From Fonticula alba ATCC 38817 (Eukaryota > Protista > Nucleariida), in the NCBI GenBank assembly GCA_000388065.2, contig KB932208.1: a stretch of 21,190 nucleotides of DNA. One strand, 5' to 3'. The notes under the pieces are model-generated. The model was given only the letters and a program-made list of their open reading frames with translations. It had not been told where the DNA came from and made no database searches. Both the position numbers and the translations under genes were made by a program. This document shows positions 19,179 to 21,190 of this stretch, piece by piece (within the stretch, counting starts at the first letter, position 1; the number at the start of each line of letters is the position of its first letter).

Positions 19179-21045
19179 GGGAAGGAGTGCCGGGGGGTCA
19201 CTTTAGCGAGCGGCCAGGCGGCCGGCCGGCCGGGCGGGCGTGCACACGCGCGTGCCCAGGGCCCCCGGTTCCCGAGGACGCCGGCCCCAAACATCTGGGG
19301 GGGGGGCCTCGCGGGGATGTGTGGGGCGCGGGCGGCCTCTCAGCTGTAGCTGGCACCGGGAGATGCCTGGTCTGGGTGCCGAGAAAAGAAAAACAATGAT
19401 CAGGCGTCCTGGAGGGAAAGGAGGCCGCGAAGGAAAAAAAAAACATGCATATGGATCTTATTCCGTGAGCGCCCCCCCCTCCCTGGCTCGCGGCTCTCGG
19501 CCTGGGAGCCGCCCCCCTCCCCCGGGGGGGGAAGAGGCAAGGTATGTTTGCCCTGTCTCTCTGGCCGGGGGGAGGCCGGGGCGTCAGCCAGGGACGCAGG
19601 ATGCAATCATTGAGTACATCATTCCGCCCCTCCCCCCTCATATACTTGGAAGCAGAGGCGCACGGGGGGGACGTTGCCAGCTGCCGGGGGGTGTGAAAGT
19701 GGGCCGGCGCCCGGCCGAGTGCGCCAGATGGTCTGCTCGCAGCAGCCAGCCGCCCCCCCCCCCCCCCCCCAAGCCCCCGGGCGGCTGCCCAAAGGGGGAG
19801 GGGGCCGGATCGTGAGCCCTGGACGCCGGGCTCCCTGAGAGGGGGAGGCTGCAGCGCCCCCCCCCCCCCCCCTCCAGGATCGGCGTGGGCCGGGCACCGC
19901 GCCGCGCCCCCCCCCCCCCCCCCCGACAGGCACGCCGTTGTTTCCCCGTCCGCCCCTCCGCCCCCCACTCTGAGTTGCCTCCGGGAATGGGGTGCGCGCC
20001 AGCGCTCGGGCCGACCCGGTGGGGCCCCCCCTCGGCGCTCGCCCGGGCCTGTTACGAAAATAAATCCCCATCCGCACCCCCCCCCCCCCCCGCGGAACAA
20101 TACACATAGCCGTTTCCCGCACCACCCCCGGCCGCGAGGGCAACAGGGGGAGGTGGGGGCCGGCAGGAGAGCGGGGCCGGGGGCGCCCCTTCGTCACCGC
20201 CCGGCGTTCGCCCCGGTCCCCGGGCGTTTCGAAGTGCCCGAGAAAGAGGGGCGGACCGCCAGAGGAGACATTGCCGACACGGAGACACAGGCAAAGGGGG
20301 TGCCGCGGAGACGCCAGGAGGGCGAGGGAGGGAGAGAGATACCCACGCATGGCGCGGTCACACATGGCGGTCAGGCCCGGCCGGGCCCTCCGAGCGGCCG
20401 AGCGGGGGGGGGGGCTCGTCTGCGCGTTCCGCCCCCCCCCCCCCTTCCCCCCCTGGCGCAGGATATGGCGGAGACATTTGGACGAGGCGCGGTGATATCA
20501 CCCGGCTGCCCCGGCCCCGGCCGCGGGCCCGGGCCTCCTCGACCGCCTGTGACATCAGGGTCCCCCCCAGAGCGGCACCGTGCCCGGGGGCCGGCGGAGC
20601 GGGGTTCAGATACCAGGCATGGTCGGGCGGCCGCCGGGGGACGCTCACGGGCACCCCCCCCCGCAGCCTTGCGCGCGCGCGCGCACACACGGCCTGCGCC
20701 CTATCGCCCCATATTTGCGTGTCGTTGTCTTTCACGCCCGGCCGCCGGGGGGGGGGGGGAGGGCGGCCGTGCACCGACCGGCACTTGCCACCTCTGCGCG
20801 GGGGGGGGGGGGTGACCTTGGGCTACGCCGCCGCCGCCGCCGCCGCCACCCATCAGGTGCCAGCGTTGTTGTAGCCCGCCCTGGCCCCTCGCCGCGGCCC
20901 CCCTCCCTGGGCGGAATCTATCGCCTTATCTGCGATCCGGCCGGGGATCGGCCAGGAGCGGGGACCGACATGCGCGTGTTCCTCGCGGCCCTGGTGCTGG
21001 GCCGGCCCCCGGCCAAGCCTTGATTGCCCCTCCCCCCTCTTTTCC

Positions 21046-21079
21046 ATGGCAGCCCGGCCACGCCCGGCGGTGCCCCCTC

Positions 21080-21110
<31 letters not shown>

Positions 21111-21190
21111 GACAGCATGGGTGCCCCCGAAGAAATACAGCCCTGCTTCCTCGGGCCCGCGGCTGCGGCCAGAGCCCCCCGCCCCCCCCC
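21046..21190 (+). CDS. Possible start of the next gene, truncated by the window end
   Basis: ATG at 21046 (tccATGG) is open to the window end: MAARPRPAVPPP, A9, GTAWVPPKKYSP. An alternative ATG at 21117 in another frame is also open. No homology recognised. Confidence 0.2.

Noticed and set aside
19179-20820. ORFs and G/C runs between the peptidase and the window end
   Set aside because: Low-complexity intergenic sequence with no motifs or consistent splice structure. G-runs are ubiquitous here, so single G-quadruplex calls are uninformative.

Overview
GC-rich, intron-containing eukaryotic genomic DNA from a draft assembly. Six N-gaps total about 1.28 kb, and microsatellites and poly-C/G runs are abundant. 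It is not prokaryotic: I found no CRISPR array, rRNA, tRNA or transposase. I assembled four multi-exon genes by hand with phase-consistent GT-AG junctions. (1) A 7-transmembrane protein fused to a C-terminal RGS domain (+, 3868-7681, about 937 aa). (2) Spastin, MIT plus AAA (+, 9720-12118, about 569 aa). (3) Peroxin PEX16 (-, 12455-14715, about 552 aa). (4) A signal-anchored PA-domain M28 aminopeptidase (-, 15678-18699, about 756 aa). Most long ORFs in the supplied track are GC shadows or are bridged by Ns. The gene set and composition suggest an opisthokont-type protist, possibly Fonticula-like; this is an unverified inference. The most notable items are the 7TM-RGS fusion with a split RGS box, a 5' splice-site signature that never has A at +4 in 14 of 14 introns, strand-polarised CA/GCAC repeats in introns, and a possible cryptic hydrophobic first exon for spastin.
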